Shown in pieces: positions 58,508 through 64,000 of a DNA stretch of 64,000 nucleotides (position 1 is the stretch's first letter; every line of letters begins with the position of its first letter). The stretch spans positions 13,020,001-13,084,000 of the forward strand of contig JBHGNT010000001.1 in assembly GCA_043228905.1 (NCBI GenBank). The letters are read 5' to 3'. Both the position numbers and the translations under genes were made by a program. Origin of the DNA: Azolla caroliniana (taxonomy: Eukaryota > Plantae > Polypodiophyta). The notes under the pieces were generated by a model. That model did not search any database, was not told where the DNA came from, and saw only the letters and a list, made by a program, of their open reading frames with translations.

Positions 58508-59999
58508 AGTGGGTTAACCAAATCCTGGAAAAGTGCTTACGGTGCTCTCTTAGCTACCAACAAGGCAACTGGGTTAACCTTCTCCCACTTGCCGAGTTCA
58601 CCTACAACAAATCTCTGCATGCATCTACGGAAGTTACTCCATTTTTTGCAAACTACTATCTCCACCCCTGCTTCAACATTTCTCTTCCCTCTGACCCTGT
58701 CAATCCTTCTCCAAAGGACTAGGCACGTCTCTTGGAGGATGTACCTCGCGATCTTTCCTTGGAGCTCACCCTCGCTGGAGAACGCTACAAGGAGCAAGCT
58801 GACTGACGACCATCTTCGCTCAGATGCCCCCCGGTTCAAGGTAGGTGACTTTGTTTGGCGTCTCCGTCGCAATGTTGCCACCACTCATCCTTGTCTGAAG
58901 CTTGATTACAAGAAGTTAGGCCCTTTTCGAATCATCAAGAAATTTGGTTCCATGGTTGTCCGCTTAGAGCTACCATCCCACTTCTGTATTCATAATGTAT
59001 TCCATGTCTCCCTTCTTGAACTTCACCATATATCTAAAATCCCTGATCGACACCCTTCTCCTCCACAACCAATCTTGCTCTCGACAGGAGAAGAATATGA
59101 GGTCGACCAAATTCTCGACTCTCGTCTCTTCCGTCGTCAGCTTCAATAAAGGGTAATCGATCTCCAAAGCAACATGGGAGCCGACACAACATCTCTAGGA
59201 TGCCCCGGACATAGTTTGGGCATTTCATGAACAATATCCACAGAAACTGGCTGCGAGTCCTGGGAGGCGGCTTTAGAGGGAGGATAATGTCATAGATAGG
59301 ATGCCACATGGAATGTAGGGGGTTGAACCCAATGATGACCTCCGGGTCTTATTGGGCAACCTTACCAGTTTAGCTACATCCATCTATGCATTATTGTATT
59401 GTATAAGATTCAACTAATTACATTGTAGGTTAATCACTAGAAAATGAGGTGGAACTATGAGGGTTTTGAACCAAGAGAGGTGTCTTGTCAAATGTCATTC
59501 CATCGTAAGTTTGTTTCAAGGATAATGTGGCTTATTGCAAGGGTTTGTTTAGGCAATTTAGTTTGTTTTAGCAAAGGTCAATTTAGGCTATTTAGTTTTT
59601 TTCGAGGAAGTGTGGATTATTGTCAAGGTCAATTTAGGCATTTTAGTTTGTTTCATGGAAGTGTGCATTGTTGCTAGTGGGCTATAAAAAAGGATGCCTT
59701 TTCGGCGCTTTTTGGTTGAAGTAAGTTTAAAATTTATGACCTTTATATCACTAATAAGTTGCTTTAATCAACTATGCTAGCATGTTATACAATTCATCCG
59801 TACTTTGTATGTTGTTAGTGATAGAAATTATTCATTGTCAAGTTCAAGAGATGATTCATTTTGAAGTACTTAAGAGAATCTTGCTACAAAGTTTAGCACT
59901 TAGGTAGAGACAATCACACTTAAATCTTGGTACAAATATTAGAGTGTGTCTAGATCGTAATAGCACTTGCACTCCTAGATTAGCAAAGGAGGCCGCCCC

Positions 60000-62900
60000 T
60001 CGATATCTTTTTAACAAAGAAAGAACTCCTCAAAACCCCCAATCCCCCTTCTATAGTTGAGCGACCATAAGGTAGTTTTTATTTTTTGCTAGTTTATGTC
60101 AATCATTAGCAATAGATGATCCGTCTATAGGTACTCAAGATAATTTGTCATTAGATGCTAAAGCAATTTCTAAAGTATGAGCATTAAGGGTCACTTTTGG
60201 CCTAGGAAGTTTTCGATCCTATTCTCTAGTCCTCTCAACGTTGTGTTTTCCGATTCATAGAAACTTAATATTCATTTTGTAGTACGAAAGCTTACTTCAT
60301 TGATATTAAGAAACTTGTACTATGTATTGAAAGTTCATGTTGCATGTTCTTGATTTATTCATTGATGTTGTGAATATTTCATCAAATCTTATACATTACA
60401 AATGACAAGTTGACATCATTCTTTTTAATTCTCGATATTTTGCTGTCTTTTAAGTAATCGTTTTGAAGACGACTATACACTAGATTTTTTGGGAATCAGT
60501 ACTTACTTTTCAAACATGCAACTCTAAACTAATCACATTTAATATAAATTTGTTTATTTATATGTGCATGAGCAAGTGTGGTCACCAAAACTTAAATGCA
60601 TGTTTTTTTATGATATATGTGTAATCATATAATAAACCTTCTAATTACATAAACTATAAAGTCTTTACATTGGGACAAACTTTCATGCATCGATTTATGC
60701 AACCTAGTGGGATGAAGCTTGATACATTTAATTTGCACAGCCAAACATACAATGGAATGCCTAAACTTCCTATTGAAAATAGAGTGAGTTTCTATTTCCA
60801 TCCGTGTTCCCAAGATTGCCCCCTATGGATTCATGCTTCATATTGTTAATCACAACGCTAAGATTATATTTCCACGGTAACCTAGTGCTTATAGAAATTA
60901 TTCATTGTATGAGATTTGGCATTATGAGGTCCACTTTTTGGGGAAGAGGTAAAACATCGGTACACAAATTCCATCATGTTTTGTTGGAATCACATTTTGC
61001 AAATCAATGCAAGGGATAGCCCAACACAAGAATAAACGACTAATAGAAGAATAACCAAACTGGTAAGTAATTCTTGTAGATAATGGATATGCATAGATAA
61101 TCCTTTTGCATGTGCCATAGTTTTCAACATTAAGCCAATGATCTAGGTTCACTTGATGTAATAAGAAATGGAGAGATTTAACTTTTCTTTTCTTTGAAGG
61201 TTTTACGAAATGTTTGAGTACATATATGCACAATCTTTGAAAATTCTTCGAGCATGATCATCCCTAGATGAAATGTAGGAAGAGTCGATTCAAGTTGCCT
61301 CAAAACATAAAATGGAAATGCAAATGCTATTGCCTAAAGTTGACCAATATTTGAATCATAGAAGGTATAATAAGTGTCGAGTGATTCAAGACTCGAGATA
61401 AAATAGTAATAGAACTTCCAAATGGTGGTGGGTTCTTATCCATACACATTTGTGTACAACTTAGAAGTAAAATAAAGAAAACTTGAAATCTGCAAAAAGC
61501 AAGAGTGTGCAAGAAAACACTTGAATAAGAGGGTGCCAAAAGACATTATACATAAACCGAGGAGCACATGCACGTGATAATGGATAAGATCAAATGGGTT
61601 GATAAAGGTTTTGAAAAAAATGCATCGTCATCTAACTGGAACATACATATAGATAATAATAGCTCATCTTGCCAATACAAGATTACCAAGAACACATATA
61701 TTTCAATCTTGGAAAATCTTCAAAATTGTCACGAAATAAAAATTTGAAACTCTTGACTAGAAAGACATGTGGCAAGTAAACCCACAACAATTGGTAATGT
61801 CTATCCTAGGATACTTGTCAAGAACATGTTTTTCTTTAATCGATATAAACTTTAGGCCTTTTCTTTTATAGCCCGGATTAGGGAAAGCCTTAATGTCTCG
61901 AACATTTCAAAAGGAGGTGAATGTTTCAAGATAAAAACAACACTTTTCGTTTAATTTAAAGCACTTGCCTTAGAGATGGTCCAAGTAAGATGGATGTAAA
62001 CCACCTACTTCAACATTCCTTCGATTAGGACAAGTACAAGTGTTGCTTTGCAAAGTTAAGAGAGCCTTTATGAATAGGTTGGTTTTGCAAGAAGATTACG
62101 CAAAAGATATTATATAGGAGTGAAAGTGACGCGGTGTGATTTGGTCGAGATCTGGAACGAGAGGTGGTGGCATACACACAAGAGAGTTGTTTACGTTAAT
62201 GTGATGCATATAACGTTCCAAAAAACAATGATAGGCTTTTGATTTCAAACTATCATTTGGCAATGCCCATGACTTGCCAATAGATCTTGACACATGGAGA
62301 TGTAACATTTTCATTAGTCTCGCTTTCTCTTTGTGGTAGATATGTTTCATCATCACTTAATCTTTTGGCAAGATTTACATGGGTTAATCCAAATGGTGAG
62401 ACATCTCACTGGTCGAGAAGCAAATATTCCCACAAACGGTGAAATTTGGTGCCCTATGAATTTAGGGTTTTCCAAAGTGAAGAACTGGAAAGTATGTAGT
62501 TGGAAAGGAAGGTCTGCAATTTTTTACGAGTTAGATATGTTTGCTAGTTAGGAAAAGCAACCCATCTTTCCAATCAAAGCAGTTGGGACCAGTAGATATT
62601 TCAATGTTTGGTTCTAAATCATAAATGATGCAACACAATTACTCTATATAACCTTGAACTTCCAAGTTTGTAAGAAGGTTGATTTGTGCTACCCACCAGT
62701 GACCACCAATAACAAAACATGGGGGTGAATTTGTCCTAAACAATTATACCATTATGATTCCAATCTCACACATTCGCAATATGGCAGGCAAAGTGATTGT
62801 GGATTTGCTTTGTTGGATAGAATAACTTGTCCTCTTGAGTTGCATCTCAAGTGGGGAGAAGACGGATATTTTTGAAATGCAAGTATGAGATGGATGGAGA

Positions 62901-63000
62901 TGGTTTCAATATCCAATGATTCGAGAGTATGATCCGGTATGGCTAAAATCTAAAGAAGCTAGGTGTTGTCTATACGAAGACGGGTGACTTTCTTTCCCCT
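60000..63000 (-). pseudogene. Highly decayed coding-like region, possibly a family-B DNA polymerase
   Basis: Ordered motif-like strings on the minus strand: PDHTLESLDIETIS (DIET 62902-62913), YDLEPNIEISTGPNCFDW (FDW 62570-62578), DF..SFLY..S...N (~61450-61495), NVENYG (~61115-61132), GNTDG (60797-60811); many stops and frameshifts. Confidence 0.3.
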
Positions 63001-63199
63001 CGTCCACTAAGCAATGTAGCTATTATGAACACTAAACGCTGGAAGAAGGAACAGAATCGGTGTATCAAGTGTGTTCACGAGGACGGAATACATATGCCGA
63101 ATCTCTCGAACCACTAAAGGCCACAATAAACGGAAGCAATTTAGTTTGAAAAGAATTTGATAAGAGTCACATATGTATGCATATGGATGCGTTTACCCT

Positions 63200-63260
63200 A
63201 CTACTTAGTACTTACTACTACTAGGCGGTCAATGGGAGGCCCCTACTACTACTACTACTA

Positions 63261-63297
<37 letters not shown>

Positions 63298-63990
63298 TCT
63301 CTCTCTTCCACCACCATTATGTTATGTAGCGAAAACTACATTTATGACCTCCCTCCTCCTCCACAATGCAAATTCAATAATACATTTATGAGGTATCGAA
63401 TCGAACTCAACATACAAAAATACATACATACATACATACATACGGAGAAAGAGAGAAGCGTTACACACACACACACACACACACTCTGCCCTGTTCCACC
63501 CCCCCCCCCCCCCCCCCCCAAAAAAAAGCCCTTTTAGCGTTACGCTCTATCTATCTATCTGTCTCCTCTCTATCTCTAGCCAGTCCACACGTGCCTCTCT
63601 CCCTCCACACGCACGTGCGCCCACATACACACACACACATGCGGTCGCGCAAAGGCACTCGATTCTTTTCATTTTAATTCTTTCCTCCTCTTCTTCTGCG
63701 TCATATACATACATACATACATACATACAATGATACATATCTTCTTCTTTAGCTTTCCAAGGAGAGAGAACGTGCCCCCTCATCAACAAATGTCTCTCTC
63801 TGTTATTAGCAAATGTCTCTCTCTGTTATTAGCCTCCATCCATCCTCTTTTTAAGTACATTCTTTAATTCTGCTACTCTTCTTCTTCCTACATTCACCCC
63901 CTCCCCCCCCCCAGAAAAAACAATTTTTTGTTGTTGGAAGAATCCATTATATATATGTAGGCGAGGTGAGGCTTCTCAACCCAAGTAAAA
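63200..63990. repeat. Microsatellite / low-complexity tract
   Basis: (CTA)n, (CT)n, (CA)n, (TACA)n, poly-C, poly-A and a 23-bp tandem duplication at ~63787-63832. Confidence 0.85.
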
Positions 63991-64000
63991 AAAAAAAACC

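Larger units (their letters stand above)
51140..59962 (+). mobile_element. Internally deleted chromoviral (Tcn1-like) gypsy element H: RT N-terminus, integrase, chromodomain, PPT, 3' LTR; interrupted by copia I
   Basis: DVFAKKNVDRLPEHRPYDC, HDDPLVGHFG, VDRFTKMVHF, YHPQTDGQT, KLDYKKLGPF, EEYEVDQILDSR; PPT AGAGGGAGGATAA then TGTCA at 59288. The LTR right end (~59962) is uncertain. Confidence 0.75.

Noticed and set aside
59308-59385. A functional tRNA gene
   Set aside because: The anticodon arm is not convincingly formed and the sequence lies inside an LTR; it is reported only as tRNA-like.
63157-63789. ORFs with poly-Y, HT and P runs
   Set aside because: These are translations of microsatellites.

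Overview
This window is eukaryotic, most likely a non-seed land plant (inferred from the retroelement lineages present). It is a heterochromatin-like pile of nested transposable elements, and I found no host gene, rRNA, real tRNA gene or CRISPR array. About 15 insertions can be reconstructed from LTR termini, PBS/PPT and target-site duplications (TSDs): four two-LTR Ty1/copia elements plus fragments and solo LTRs, two chromoviral Ty3/gypsy remnants, an Athila-like element with an extra 3' ORF, a hAT-like TIR element, and many members of one tRNA-Trp-primed Ty3/gypsy family. Two elements look intact: a copia at 24509-30039 and a Trp-primed gypsy at 35576-42875 with apparently identical LTRs. 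The most notable signals are: (i) the Trp-primed family makes 4-bp TSDs, and all 8 independent junctions are centred on CpG (NCGN); (ii) it appears to express pol by a -1 frameshift at GGATTTT-TAG, followed by a hairpin that covaries between two diverged copies; (iii) two chromovirus-type LTRs carry an antisense tRNA-like (A/B-box) head, and one non-coding element has an 11-nt self-priming signal; (iv) a 2.1-kb microhomology-flanked templated insertion sits inside a copia gag; (v) the AT-rich right end may be a highly decayed family-B DNA polymerase of viral origin (low confidence).
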